Shown: in pieces, positions 39,076-49,133 of the stretch
Numbering within the stretch: position 1 is the first letter of the stretch
How the letters are laid out: each line of letters starts with the position of its first letter
Source of the DNA: Vulcanimicrobiota bacterium
Lineage (GTDB): Bacteria; Vulcanimicrobiota; Vulcanimicrobiia; Vulcanimicrobiales; Vulcanimicrobiaceae
Assembly: GCA_963733295.1 (NCBI GenBank)
Contig: CAVTCS010000003.1
Location: 1,280,001-1,344,000 of the forward strand
Direction of reading: 5' to 3'
DNA length: 64,000 nucleotides
Notes under the pieces: generated by a model
Told to the model about the DNA's origin: nothing
Seen by the model: only the letters and a program-made list of their open reading frames with translations
Database searches by the model: none
Program-made: the position numbers and the translations under genes

Positions 39076-39501
39076 TTACGTGGCGGCGCGACGCCGCCGC
39101 GCCAGATACGCTTCCAGTATGAGCGCCGCCGCGAGTTGATCGACCACGTTCTTACGGCGTTTACGCGAGACGTCCGAGGCGAGGAGCGTCCGGTTCGCCT
39201 GGGCGGTGGTCAAGCGCTCGTCGACGCGCTCGACTGGACCACCGAACGCTTTCGCAAGACTCGCCGCAAATTCGTCCATCTTTTGCGCGGCGGGGCCGCG
39301 TTCGCCCGACAAGCGCAACGGGTCACCGACCACGATCGTCGTCGCTCCACACTCGCGTGCCAGGGACAGGATCGCGTTCAAGTCGTCGCGCAAGCCGCCG
39401 CTGCGTTCCAGCGTCCGCAAGGGCAGCGCATATCTTTCGCTCGGATCGCTGACCGCCGCGCCGATGCGCCGCTCGCCGACGTCGAGCGCTAGGATCGACA
39501 T
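39076..39501 (-). CDS. ruvX: RuvX/YqgF pre-16S rRNA nuclease
   Basis: ILALDVGERRIG.AVSD, VVG.P, DERLTT, D..AA..ILE. Confidence 0.95.
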   Translation of the reverse strand: MSILALDVGERRIGAAVSDPSERYALPLRTLERSGGLRDDLNAILSLARECGATTIVVGDPLRLSGERGPAAQKMDEFAASLAKAFGGPVERVDERLTTAQANRTLLASDVSRKRRKNVVDQLAAALILEAYLARRRRAAT

Positions 39502-39520
39502 CGGCGGCAAACTCGCGCCA

Positions 39521-40309
39521 CTAACTTGCGGCCGGGGTACGACGGCGCGGTTGCGCGCCCACCGATGCGAGATCGTCGAGCAGCCTGCTCGACTTCGGAC
39601 GCTTCCCGAGATGATAGTTCACGAACGCATCGACCGCGCGCGCGCTCGAAGCGGTGGCGAACACCGCAGGACGCACCGCACCGCCGCGCTCGGCGCCCAG
39701 TAACTGAAGGTTGGCGACGTCGTCCGGCTCGAGGCCGAGTGCGTCGGACCGGTGCGGGCGGCAGCTTTCGCAGGCGAGTCCACCCGCTTCGAGGTCCGCC
39801 CAGCCGGGACGTCCGGCCAGCGCGGCGGCGCAGCGTATGCAAGTCGCCGTCTCGGGTGCGAAGCCGAGAGCGCCCAAGAGGCGCAATTGAAAGCGCGGGA
39901 CGAGCGCCGCCGGGTCCGGCGCATCTTCCAGCGCGCGCAGGGCGCCGCGTAGGAGTGCGTACACCTCCGGCAGCGCGAGGTCCGGTTCGCAAAACGCGTC
40001 GATCAATTCGGCCAGCACGTGCGCCGTGGCGAAGACTGCAGGATCGACGATCGACGGCCAGCGCGCGCGGAAGATCTCGGCGCTCGTGATCACGTCCAGA
40101 TTACGGCCCCGGTGCATGCCCAGCGCGACCTCGCTCGCAAACTCGAGCCGTCCCGAAAAATGGCTCTTCGTGCGCCGGACGCCCTTCGCGATGGCGTCGA
40201 ATTTGCCGCTGCGTTCGCCGAACAGCGTGAAGATGCGGTCGGCCTCGCCGAGATTTCGCGAACGCAACACGATCGCGCGCGTCTTGTACGTGCGCGCGGG
40301 CGAACTCAC
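39521..40309 (-). CDS. recO: DNA repair protein RecO
   Basis: AIVLRSRNLGEADRI, AKGVRRTKS, CxxC...CxxC Zn site; GTGA overlap with cdd. Confidence 0.93.
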   Translation of the reverse strand: MSSPARTYKTRAIVLRSRNLGEADRIFTLFGERSGKFDAIAKGVRRTKSHFSGRLEFASEVALGMHRGRNLDVITSAEIFRARWPSIVDPAVFATAHVLAELIDAFCEPDLALPEVYALLRGALRALEDAPDPAALVPRFQLRLLGALGFAPETATCIRCAAALAGRPGWADLEAGGLACESCRPHRSDALGLEPDDVANLQLLGAERGGAVRPAVFATASSARAVDAFVNYHLGKRPKSSRLLDDLASVGAQPRRRTPAAS

Positions 40310-40686
40310 GGCAGTTCGAACGCCGCCGGGAGCAATTCGGCCAGCGCGCTCTCCTCGAAGCCGGTACCGCGCGAATACAGGATGCGAGCCGACGGAGCGA
40401 ACTCGGCGAGAACCTGGCGGCAGGCCCCGCACGGGGGCGTCGCGCCGGAGTGTTCGGCCGCCACTGCGAGCATCGTGAAGCGGCGCTTTCCGGCCGCGAT
40501 CGCCGCAAAGATCGCCGAGCGTTCGGCGCACACGGAGAGTCCGTACGAAGCGTTCTCGACGTTGCACGCGGTAACGACCGTGCCATCCTCGCACAGCAGT
40601 GCCGCGCCGACCGGAAACGCGGAATACGGAGCGTAGGCGTGTTCGCGCGCAGCGTGCGCCGCCGCCATCAGCTCTCCCTCGGTCAC
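40306..40686 (-). CDS. cdd: Cytidine deaminase
   Basis: AYAPYS.FPVGAA, NVENASYGL..CAER, PCGACRQ. Confidence 0.96.
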   Translation of the reverse strand: MTEGELMAAAHAAREHAYAPYSAFPVGAALLCEDGTVVTACNVENASYGLSVCAERSAIFAAIAAGKRRFTMLAVAAEHSGATPPCGACRQVLAEFAPSARILYSRGTGFEESALAELLPAAFELP

Positions 40687-42029
40687 GGCAGCGCGCTTTC
40701 CGCCTTGATCGCGGCTTCCTGCGCGTCGTCGGCGGAGGGGCCGGCCGTTCCAGGTTTCCCGTTGCTGAAGACACGCACCGTCAAGATGCGCCGTCCGCGC
40801 GTCCGGTCGATCTTCAAACGAACGTGCTCGCCCGCGTCGATTTCCTCGCCTTCGTGCGGCAAACGACCGAACAGTCCGACCGTCAAGCCGCCGATCGTTT
40901 CGAAATCCTCGTGCGGCAAGTGCAGTCCGAGACGGGCGTTGACGTCTTCGATGTTCGTTCCCGCGTCGACGATCGACTCTTCGGACGAAATGACTCGGAT
41001 CGGCTCTTCCTCACCCTCGTCGTGTTCGTCGCGAATTTCTCCCACGATCTCTTCGAGCAGATCTTCCATCGTGACGAGGCCGGCCGTGCCGCCGTATTCG
41101 TCGACGACGATCGCCAGCGAGAACTTGCTGCGTTGCATTTCGCGCAGGAGTTCCGAAACGCGTTTGCTCTCGGGTACCAGGGTGATCGGGCGCATCAGGG
41201 CCCGAATCGGCGACTGCGCCAGCGTGCCGTTGGAGAGCGCGATCAAAAGCTCGCGGTCGTGGATCACGCCGATCACGTTGTCGACCGTCTCGTCGTAGAC
41301 CGGCAGCTTCGAGTATCCCTCCGCGATGACGAGATCGAGCGCGCGACGGGCGGAAGCGTTCACTTCGACGGCGACCATGTCGGGCCGCGGCGTCATCACC
41401 TCGCGAACGATCGTGTCGCCGAACTGGATGATCGAGTGGATCATCTCGCGCTCTTGCTCTTCGAGCACCTTTTGCTCCGCACCGACGTTGACGATGTTGC
41501 GGATGTCGGCTTCGGTGACGAACGGCCCTTTGGCCGGCGGCCGCACGCCGAAAAGCCGCACGATCATATTCGTGACGAACAAGAACGTGTTATTGACCGG
41601 CGTCATTACCCAGGCGACGCGTTCGAGAATCGGCGCGAGGCGCACGGCCCAGCGCTCGTTGTTCGCAACGGCGATCGTCTTGGGAATGATCTCGCCGAAA
41701 GTCAACAACAAGACCGTCATGATGAGGGTCGACCAGAGCGCGGCGTTGGGCACGCCCGCGTGGACGAAGAGCACCGTCGCGAGCGAGTCGGCCGCCAGCA
41801 GCACGATCGTGTTGCCGATGAGAATCGAGGTCAGAAAGCGGTTCCTGTCCTCGAGGAGGCGCAGAACTGCGTCGCTGCCCTTGATGTGCCGTTCGAGCAT
41901 GCCGCGAGCGTGCAGCCGCGACAGCGATATCAAGGCAGCCTCCGAGCCCGAGAAAAAGGCCGAGGCAGCGATCAGGACCACGAGCGCCCCAATTTCGGGC
42001 AGGTGGCCACCGAGGTCGATTGGCGGCAT
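40683..42029 (-). CDS. Hemolysin/CNNM-CBS-CorC family protein
   Basis: SAFFSGSEAA, FGEIIPK, VREVMTPR, VDEYGGTAGLVTMED.LEEIVG. Confidence 0.93.
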   Translation of the reverse strand: MPPIDLGGHLPEIGALVVLIAASAFFSGSEAALISLSRLHARGMLERHIKGSDAVLRLLEDRNRFLTSILIGNTIVLLAADSLATVLFVHAGVPNAALWSTLIMTVLLLTFGEIIPKTIAVANNERWAVRLAPILERVAWVMTPVNNTFLFVTNMIVRLFGVRPPAKGPFVTEADIRNIVNVGAEQKVLEEQEREMIHSIIQFGDTIVREVMTPRPDMVAVEVNASARRALDLVIAEGYSKLPVYDETVDNVIGVIHDRELLIALSNGTLAQSPIRALMRPITLVPESKRVSELLREMQRSKFSLAIVVDEYGGTAGLVTMEDLLEEIVGEIRDEHDEGEEEPIRVISSEESIVDAGTNIEDVNARLGLHLPHEDFETIGGLTVGLFGRLPHEGEEIDAGEHVRLKIDRTRGRRILTVRVFSNGKPGTAGPSADDAQEAAIKAESALP

Positions 42030-42095
42030 CTACAGCAAGCGCGCGCCCGGCGGCCGCCGGCCCGGTAGCGGTGGGTCCGTGTTCAAGTCGCGGCC

Positions 42096-42104
42096 ATTAT
42101 AACA
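42096..42104 (-). promoter_or_regulatory. Extended -10 promoter element
   Basis: TGTTATAAT about 65 nt upstream of the CNNM gene start. Confidence 0.55.
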
Positions 42105-42157
42105 CATCGCTCGGGCCGGCCAGGCGCCGTGCGGCATGCCGGCAAGCGACCTCTCGC

Positions 42158-42898
42158 TCAGGCCCGGCACAGCAAAAACACCGTTCCACTGACGACCAAG
42201 CCGAGTACGCCCCCGTAGACGACCTCGCGCACGCTGTGGATTCCGCCTTCGACTCGGCTCTGACTTACGAGCAGTGCCAAGAAGTACGCCAGCAGACCGA
42301 CGACGAGGGTCCCGTTGAGGAGTGCGATGAGCGTCGCACCTGCGAACGCGAGCGCCGCGTGTCCCGAAACGGCGCCACCCTGAAGCGGCGAACCCCGGCC
42401 CCCGGCTAAGGCCTTTGCGAAGATCGTTGCGATGCCGACCAGGGCTATCACCACGACGACGAGATTTCGGGGGACGCTGGCCACCGCCACCGAAACCTGG
42501 GCTCCGCTTCGGGTGATGCCCTCGTAGAATGCGAGGTATCCCACGATGACGGCCGCCATCGAAACGACGAGGACCGCCGCCGCCGAAGCGTCCTTCGCAA
42601 CCTTGGCCAGCGGATGGTGCGCCACGGTCATCAGGTCGACGACCGCCTCGATCGCCGTATTGATCAATTCGAGCGCGAGGACCAGCGCGATGACGATGAC
42701 CACGAGCGCGACGTAAGCGCGCTCGAGGCGCAGGAACAGCGTCGCCAAAAGCGCGACCGCCGCGGCCGCCAAGTGCACCCGCATGTTGGCCTGCGTGCGC
42801 GTCGCATACAAGAGCCCCGCAAACGCATAGTTGAACGAGCTCCAGAACCGGCTGTCGCTGATCGGCTTCACCTTCGGAGGGAGTCGTACGGGGTGCAT
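42158..42898 (-). CDS. dgkA: Diacylglycerol/undecaprenol kinase fused to PAP2-like domain
   Basis: SF.YA..G, ELINTAIEAVVD, AK.AKD..A.AV, SGHAALAF, SRVEGGIHS. Confidence 0.9.
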   Translation of the reverse strand: MHPVRLPPKVKPISDSRFWSSFNYAFAGLLYATRTQANMRVHLAAAAVALLATLFLRLERAYVALVVIVIALVLALELINTAIEAVVDLMTVAHHPLAKVAKDASAAAVLVVSMAAVIVGYLAFYEGITRSGAQVSVAVASVPRNLVVVVIALVGIATIFAKALAGGRGSPLQGGAVSGHAALAFAGATLIALLNGTLVVGLLAYFLALLVSQSRVEGGIHSVREVVYGGVLGLVVSGTVFLLCRA

Positions 42899-42903
42899 CG
42901 ACC

Positions 42904-43404
42904 TCAGCTTTTCGGGACCTGCCCGCCACCGTCATCCCCAGGGTATGGCCAGCGCAACCCGATGCTGAGCGCCAGCCGTCGCTCCTCGCGCTCCATCAAG
43001 ACGCGCTCCCGCCGCTCCGCATGGTCGTGTCCCAACAGATGCAGCACCCCGTGAATCATCAAGCGTGCCAACTCCGCATCCAAGTGCGCATCGTACTCAG
43101 CCGCTTGCCGCACCGCCGCATCGACGCAAATGACGACGTCTCCCAACATCCGCTCCGACACCAAGCCGCCCGCGCCGCGGGTCCCTGACCGCACCGGTTC
43201 CAAGAGCGGAAAGCTCAGGACGTCGGTGCTCCGGTCCTTGCCGCGCGACTCCCGGTTGAGCCGGCGCATCGCGGCATCGCCGACGAACGACAGCGAGAGC
43301 GTCGAGTTCGCTTCACCGGCTGCGGCGAGCAGCGTCCTTGCCTTTTTCTCCAGCGCGCGCAGATTCAAGCGATGCTTGCGCGTCGAGTTGCGGAGATAGA
43401 TCAA
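42904..43404 (-). CDS. ybeY: rRNA maturation RNase YbeY
   Basis: TDVLSFP, LGDVVI, HGVLHLLGHDH. Confidence 0.96.
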   Translation of the reverse strand: MIYLRNSTRKHRLNLRALEKKARTLLAAAGEANSTLSLSFVGDAAMRRLNRESRGKDRSTDVLSFPLLEPVRSGTRGAGGLVSERMLGDVVICVDAAVRQAAEYDAHLDAELARLMIHGVLHLLGHDHAERRERVLMEREERRLALSIGLRWPYPGDDGGGQVPKS

Positions 43405-44357
43405 ACCAGACGCTGGTACGCCGAGATGATCTGACCGACCAGCGGATGACGGACGGCGTCCGTTTCGTTGAGTTCGACGATGCCGACGTCGGGCACGCCG
43501 TCGAAGAGCGCATGCGCGTCCAGCAATCCCGACTTGACGCCGCGCGGTAAATCGATTTGAGTAACGTCACCGTTCACCACCATCTTCGAACCGCCACCGA
43601 GTCGCGTCAGGAACATCTTCATCTGCTCGCGCGTCGCGTTCTGGGCCTCGTCCAAGATGACGAAGGCATCGGAGAGCGTGCGTCCTCGCATGAACGCGAG
43701 CGGAGCGACTTCGATCGTACCGCGATCCATGAATCGCTCGACCACGGCATCGTCGATCAGCTCGGCGAGCGCATCGTAGAGCGGCCGTAAATACGGATCG
43801 ACCTTTTCCTTGAAATCGCCTGGCAAGAATCCGAGCCGTTCGCCGGCTTCGACCGCCGGCCGGGTCAAGACCAGCCGCGAGATCTGCCGCGCGCGCAACG
43901 CTTTGACGGCCATTACCATCGCCAAGAACGTCTTGCCCGTACCCGCGGGTCCGATCCCGATCGTCAGGGCGTTCGCCTCGATCGATTCGACGAACGAGCG
44001 TTGGCCCGCGGTTTTCGGGCGAACCTCTTTGCCTCGGCTCGACACGAAGAGCGTCTTCGGATGCGCGCTCGAAGCGTCGCCGTCCGGACGGATCGTATCG
44101 CGCGCGGCGAGAGCAACGTCGTCCGGCGTAAGCTGCGCGCCGCCGTTCGCCGCGTCGCGCATCCGCGTCAGCACGGCGTGAGCTTGGTCCACCGCACTCG
44201 CTTCACCGCTCACTCGCAAGCGATCGCCTTCGAGCCGAACGACCACGGGCACGATGCCCTCGAGCGCGGTCAAGTTTCCATCGAGCTCGCCGCAAAAGCG
44301 CAGCGGATCCTGGACCCCGGCAAGCTCGAAGACGCGCTCTACTTGAGTTTCGGGCAG
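43401..44357 (-). CDS. phoH: PhoH-family ATPase
   Basis: GPAGTGKT, RPAVEAGE.LGFLPG, RGRTL, LDEAQN, GD.TQ.DL; probable CTG start after GGGAGG (alternative TTG 44273). Confidence 0.95.
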   Translation of the reverse strand: MPETQVERVFELAGVQDPLRFCGELDGNLTALEGIVPVVVRLEGDRLRVSGEASAVDQAHAVLTRMRDAANGGAQLTPDDVALAARDTIRPDGDASSAHPKTLFVSSRGKEVRPKTAGQRSFVESIEANALTIGIGPAGTGKTFLAMVMAVKALRARQISRLVLTRPAVEAGERLGFLPGDFKEKVDPYLRPLYDALAELIDDAVVERFMDRGTIEVAPLAFMRGRTLSDAFVILDEAQNATREQMKMFLTRLGGGSKMVVNGDVTQIDLPRGVKSGLLDAHALFDGVPDVGIVELNETDAVRHPLVGQIISAYQRLV

Positions 44358-44400
44358 AATCGACCTCCCGCCGCTACGTTACCTTGAATGCAGCCTGAGG

Positions 44401-44790
44401 TCAAAGGGTATCGGTCGGAGCGGCGTGTGGCCGCAGGGAAACGGGCGGTCCCAAGACTTGTGCGACGACGATGCCGCCGATGAGTGCCGGACCGCCCCGC
44501 AACGCTGCTAGCAACGGGTTGTTATACACCGGGCCCGCGAGCGGAACGAGCGGCTCGAGCTGCGGCAGCGAATCGTACGGCAGCGCGTCGGGAATTCTAC
44601 CCATGGCCACGGGCGGGGCCGCGACGGCAGGACGAACGGGCGCCGGGGTTCCCATCTGCGGCGCGGGCCGCACGATGGTCCGGTTCGGCGGTGGCACGCC
44701 GGGTTGTCCTCCCGCTCCCTGCGCCCGGTTCGCCTCAGCCGCTTGTTTTTGAATTGCTTCAAAGATCAACCCACCGAGCGCGTTCAGCAC
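44401..44790 (-). CDS. Hypothetical protein following floA (YqfB position)
   Basis: Pro/Ala-rich ORF ending GIVVAQVLGPP.S.R. Confidence 0.6.
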   Translation of the reverse strand: MLNALGGLIFEAIQKQAAEANRAQGAGGQPGVPPPNRTIVRPAPQMGTPAPVRPAVAAPPVAMGRIPDALPYDSLPQLEPLVPLAGPVYNNPLLAALRGGPALIGGIVVAQVLGPPVSLRPHAAPTDTL

Positions 44791-44809
44791 GATTGCTTAT
44801 CCTCGCAGC

Positions 44810-45829
44810 TTAACGCGGAGGCGGCGTCGTCGGTGGCACGGACAGTCCCGTTGCCTCGGGTGGCGTCACGCCGGTCCCGATCGCCGAACGCATCTCGGTA
44901 TCCGCCTTGAGGTTGTTGAGCCGATAGTAATCCATCACGCCCAAATTCCCGTTGCGGAACGCTTCCGCGATCGCTTGCGGAATCTGCGCTTCGGCTTCGA
45001 CGACTTTGGCGCGCATCGCCTGAGTCTCGGCCTTCTGTTCTTGTTCGGCAGCCTGTGCGCTGTACTGGCGTTCCGCCGCTTTCGCTTGTGCGATCTTGCG
45101 ATCGGCCTCGGCTTGCGAGGTCTGCAGTTCGGCGCCGATGTTTTTCCCGACGTCCACGTCGGCAATATCGATCGAGACGATTTCGAAGGCAGTGCCCGCA
45201 TCGAGGCCCTTCGCCAAGACGGCCTTCGAGATGCGGTCCGGATATTCGAGGACTTCCTTGTGGTCGATTGCGGCGCCGACTGCGGAGACGACGCCCTCGC
45301 CGACGCGCGCTACGACCGTCGGTTCGCCCGCTCCACCGACGTAACGATCGAGATTCGAGCGGACGGTGATACGCGCTTTGACGTTCAGCTGAATTCCGTT
45401 CTGCGCGACGCCTTGGAACACCGGCGTCTCGATGACCCGTGGGTTGACAGACGTCTGCAGCGCTTCGAGCACGTTGCGCCCGGCCAGATCGATTGCCGCC
45501 GCGCGCTGCCATTCGAGGGGAATTTGCGCGCGCTGCGCCGCGATCATGGCGAGCGTGACGTTCTCTACGTTGCCGCCCGCGAGGTAGTGCGACTGCATCT
45601 GATCGACGGTGAGGTTCAAGCCGGCCTTGCGTGCGCGCACGAGATTGTTGACGATCACTCCGGGTTGAATGCCGATGAGGCGCATCCTGATCAGCGAGAT
45701 CATCGAGAGCGGCACGCCGGCCGCGATCGTGCGAATCCACAATCCGAATGGGAAGTAGTAAAGGATGACAAAGAAGAGGATTATCGCCCCGAAGACGATT
45801 GCCGAAACGAACGCGGCGGCTGTGATCAC
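44810..45829 (-). CDS. floA: Flotillin-like protein FloA (YqfA)
   Basis: [17 protein letters not shown]...[38 protein letters not shown]. Confidence 0.95.
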   Translation of the reverse strand: MITAAAFVSAIVFGAIILFFVILYYFPFGLWIRTIAAGVPLSMISLIRMRLIGIQPGVIVNNLVRARKAGLNLTVDQMQSHYLAGGNVENVTLAMIAAQRAQIPLEWQRAAAIDLAGRNVLEALQTSVNPRVIETPVFQGVAQNGIQLNVKARITVRSNLDRYVGGAGEPTVVARVGEGVVSAVGAAIDHKEVLEYPDRISKAVLAKGLDAGTAFEIVSIDIADVDVGKNIGAELQTSQAEADRKIAQAKAAERQYSAQAAEQEQKAETQAMRAKVVEAEAQIPQAIAEAFRNGNLGVMDYYRLNNLKADTEMRSAIGTGVTPPEATGLSVPPTTPPPR

Positions 45830-47136
45830 GCTTTCTCCTCTGCTACCGACTTGACGAAGATGCGTGCGCCCTCGACGCGCGTCACGCGGATGGCCGTCCC
45901 GGCCGGCACGAAATCACCCTCGGTCAGCACGTCGACGCGCCGTCCGTCGACGTTGGCAACCCCCGCCGGCCGAAGATACGAAGCCGCAAAACCCAGCCGC
46001 CCTACGAGAGCGCCGAAGTCGCTACTGGTAACGTAATCGGATCCTTGGCGGGCAGTAAGCACGATGCGCTTCAGGAACGCGCTCTCGGGGAACATCCGCG
46101 AACTGGCCCACAGCGCGAACGTTGAGAGCACGATCGCAATCGCGATGGCTTGCGCCGCCACAAACATGAACGGGTAGCCGAAGGCCATGACGACCGCGGT
46201 CAAGAGGGCGGCCGCCCCGATCGTACCGGCCACCCCGTGCCCTGGCAGGACGTGCAGTTCGAAGAGCAGTCCGATGACGCCGAGCAGCGCCAGCGCGATG
46301 ACGAAGCTATTGGTGAACCCTGCGTAGACGTGCGAACCGAAGAACAGTCCGAGCGCACCGACGCCGATCAAGCCCGCAATTCCGTGGAGCGTCTGCATCT
46401 CGATGAAGAGCCCGAGGACGCCGATCGAAAGCAGGATGCCGCTGACTTCAGGCGTCGTGGCAAAACGCGCCAGCCATTCGCCCCAGCTGTATTGAACGCG
46501 CTCGATCGTTCCGCTGATGCCCGCGTCGTGAAGTGCCCCGTCGAGCGTCGGCGAAATCGCATCGGCGATTCCTGCGCGCTTCGCGTCTTCGGCGGTCAAG
46601 GAAAGAATGGCCCCGGACTTTTTGTAGGCCGGCGCATCGACGCTCTTGTCGACCATCGCCGAGGCCAACGTTTCGTTGCGGTGCGTGCGCTCCGCGGTCG
46701 ATGCGAATTCAGCGCGCAGCGCGGAGACGTATTTCGGCTCGTTCGGGCGCGGCTCGGCGGCGCCAATGCTCGAGCCCGGCGCCATCACGATGGTGTGGTT
46801 GGCGAGCGTGATCAACGCCCCGGCCGAGTAGGCCCGTTGCGACACGAAGGCGAGGGTCGGCACCTTGGCGCCTAGGATCGAGTCGCGGATTTGAAAAGCC
46901 GCGTCCACCAGCCCGCCGGGAGTATTGATGTCGAAGACGATGCCGGCGGCATGCTCGTCGTCGGCCTCGGCGACCGCCCGGGCGACCAGATGGGCCATCC
47001 CTTGATCGACGACGCCGTTGATCGGCACGACTACGACCGGATGGCTACCCGCAGCAAACGAGCCCACGGCGAGCCCGGCAAAGCCGAGAAGCGCCGTGCC
47101 GCTGAAGACCGCTAGACGAAGCCATCTTCTCATCAC
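45826..47136 (-). CDS. NfeD/YqeZ membrane-bound serine protease
   Basis: [28 protein letters not shown] bundle, LRPAG...R.DV..EG.F. Confidence 0.92.
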   Translation of the reverse strand: MMRRWLRLAVFSGTALLGFAGLAVGSFAAGSHPVVVVPINGVVDQGMAHLVARAVAEADDEHAAGIVFDINTPGGLVDAAFQIRDSILGAKVPTLAFVSQRAYSAGALITLANHTIVMAPGSSIGAAEPRPNEPKYVSALRAEFASTAERTHRNETLASAMVDKSVDAPAYKKSGAILSLTAEDAKRAGIADAISPTLDGALHDAGISGTIERVQYSWGEWLARFATTPEVSGILLSIGVLGLFIEMQTLHGIAGLIGVGALGLFFGSHVYAGFTNSFVIALALLGVIGLLFELHVLPGHGVAGTIGAAALLTAVVMAFGYPFMFVAAQAIAIAIVLSTFALWASSRMFPESAFLKRIVLTARQGSDYVTSSDFGALVGRLGFAASYLRPAGVANVDGRRVDVLTEGDFVPAGTAIRVTRVEGARIFVKSVAEEKA

Positions 47137-47197
47137 AGCCTGCTACCCGAACCGGTTGGCGGAAGTTACGGCGCCGCCTGCAGCGTGAGCGGGCTTC

Positions 47198-47644
47198 TCA
47201 GTGACCCGCGAGTTCCTCGAGAACTACCTGCCGGATCGTCGCCCCGTCGGCTTCGCCCTTCAGCGCCGGCATCACCAGCTTCATAGCCGCACCCTGGTTT
47301 CGCTGATCGGCCGGGAGGCCGGCCAAGGCAGCCCGGACCGCGGGCCGGATGTCGTCGGCCGTCTTGAGCGCCGGCAGCAGCTCTGAGAGAATGTCGCGCT
47401 CCCGGGTTTCCCGCTCGACCAGATCCTGCCGGTTGCCCTTGCGGAACTCGGCGATCGAGTCGTTGCGCTGCTTGACCTGCTTGCGCACCGCTTCGATCTG
47501 GTCTTCCTGGCTCAACTCCCGTCCTGCCTCGATTTTCCGGTACGAGAAAGCGGAAAGCGCGGATCGCAGGGTATCGATCCGCACCCGATCTTTCGCTTTC
47601 ATCGCCTCTTTTAGCTCGGCGGCGATGCGCTCGCTGAGCGTCAT
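47198..47644 (-). CDS. GatB/YqeY domain protein
   Basis: LKEAMKAKD, KQVKQRNDSI..F..G.R.DL...E..E. Confidence 0.92.
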   Translation of the reverse strand: MTLSERIAAELKEAMKAKDRVRIDTLRSALSAFSYRKIEAGRELSQEDQIEAVRKQVKQRNDSIAEFRKGNRQDLVERETRERDILSELLPALKTADDIRPAVRAALAGLPADQRNQGAAMKLVMPALKGEADGATIRQVVLEELAGH

Positions 47645-47654
47645 CGCGGGGTCA

Positions 47655-47825
47655 CTAGGCGCGACGCTTGCGGGCGGCGGCCGACTTCTTCTTGCGCCGG
47701 ACGCTGGGTTTCTCGTAATGCTCGTGCTTGCGGGCCTCGGCCAGGACGCCGGCCTTTTGGGTTGCCTTCTTGAAGCGGCGCAGGGCACTCTCGATTGTCT
47801 CTCCCGGTGCGATGCGAATCTCCAT
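47655..47825 (-). CDS. rpsU: 30S ribosomal protein S21 (not in the ORF track, 56 aa)
   Basis: Manual translation [56 protein letters not shown]. Confidence 0.96.
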   Translation of the reverse strand: MEIRIAPGETIESALRRFKKATQKAGVLAEARKHEHYEKPSVRRKKKSAAARKRRA

Positions 47826-47945
47826 GAAATACACCCCCTCCCGCCTGCGCCGGTGCGCAGCAAAAAACTGAAACTTCCGCCCTTAGGCGAACTACGAAAC
47901 ACTAACACAGCCCCTTAGCCCCGTCAATTCACGGAGGGTTAAGCC

Positions 47946-48761
47946 ATGAGCGTTCAGCCAGTCAGCAGCCCGGTCGACCAACTCCAGCGCGCGGCCGAAG
48001 TGCTTTCCAAGAACTGGATCCTCGCGCTTCCGACCGCCATCGCATCGCTTCTGCTCGGAATCGTTTTGGTGGTCGGGGTGCTCTCGATGGTAAGCGCGCT
48101 GGTGGTAGGCCACGCCGCCGCGGGCGGGCTGGGAACGATGGCCGGCTTTGGGACCGGTGCGCTGATCCTAGCCGTCCTCGCCATCATCGGGCTTTTGTTG
48201 CTCATCTTCTCGCAAGCCATCGTGATCAGCGCTTCGGAAGATGCCTGGCAAGGGCGTCCGGTCGACTTGGGCGCGAGCCTCGGCGCCGCCGCTGCGCGCT
48301 TACCAGACCTCGTCGTGGCCTTCATCGTTTCGGCGCTGATCATGATTGTGCCGATCGCGCTCTGCTTTATCTTCATCGGCATTCCGCTCGTTCTTGTAGC
48401 GGCCTACTTTCTGATGTTTGTAACCCCCGCGGTCATGATAGGTCGCGAAAGCGGAACCGGCGCGGTGTCGACCTCGTTTCGTATCGCCTCGCAGAATGTC
48501 GGCCCAAGCCTCATCGCCTTCGTCGGCATCGTCGGCGCCTCGATTGTGGCGAGCTTCGCGAACGCCATCGCCGCGCACATTCCCATCGTCAATTTCATCG
48601 TTTCGTTTGCGGTCGGCGGCTTAGCCGCGGCTTACTCGGCGCTCGTCATGGCGCGCTTCTACGACATGCTGCGCGGCGGCGTTCCGCGCGCCGCTGCAGC
48701 TGCAGGCTACGCCCCACCGCCACCGCCGCCGGACTCGGGGCCGCCGACCGTCATTCGCTAA
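47946..48761 (+). CDS. Hypothetical integral membrane protein (~6 TM)
   Basis: Hydrophobic 271-aa ORF with GGAGG SD and Pro-rich tail. Confidence 0.75.
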   Translation: MSVQPVSSPVDQLQRAAEVLSKNWILALPTAIASLLLGIVLVVGVLSMVSALVVGHAAAGGLGTMAGFGTGALILAVLAIIGLLLLIFSQAIVISASEDAWQGRPVDLGASLGAAAARLPDLVVAFIVSALIMIVPIALCFIFIGIPLVLVAAYFLMFVTPAVMIGRESGTGAVSTSFRIASQNVGPSLIAFVGIVGASIVASFANAIAAHIPIVNFIVSFAVGGLAAAYSALVMARFYDMLRGGVPRAAAAAGYAPPPPPPDSGPPTVIR

Positions 48762-48782
48762 ACCCTTCGACTCGAGGCGGGT

Positions 48783-49133
48783 TCAGCCGGGTGGCCAGTG
48801 CATGGCGCGCCCGGACAAGACGTGCAGATGCAGGTGGAAGACGGTCTGACCGGCCTCGCGCCCTTCATTGACGACGATACGGTAGCCGTTCGGCGACGAG
48901 TTGCGTCCGGTCTTCGAGGCGAGCGCAAACAGATCGCCGACTTCTTGCGGCGTCGCCGCGGCGATGAAGTCGCCCAGGTTCGCCGCGTGACGTTTCGGTA
49001 TGACGAGCACGTGCGACGGCGCCTGCGGATTGAGGTCGCGAAAGACGAGCGCGTCGTCGGTTCGCTCAACCTCCGAAGACGGGATCTCGCCTCGAAAGAT
49101 CCTGCAAAAGATGCACGCCTCTTCGCCGTTCAC
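48783..49133 (-). CDS. Histidine triad (HINT) nucleotide-binding protein
   Basis: CIFCRI, D.NPQAP.H.LVIPK.H, GQTVFHLHLHVL.GR. Confidence 0.95.
   Translation of the reverse strand: MNGEEACIFCRIFRGEIPSSEVERTDDALVFRDLNPQAPSHVLVIPKRHAANLGDFIAAATPQEVGDLFALASKTGRNSSPNGYRIVVNEGREAGQTVFHLHLHVLSGRAMHWPPG

Noticed and set aside
39521..40774. Extended RecO, and likewise extended PP2C (to 35172), GT4 (to 53708), S53 (to 61862) and YqeY (to 47908)
   Set aside because: The extensions overlap neighbouring real genes; downstream starts, mostly with stop-start overlaps, fit the families better.
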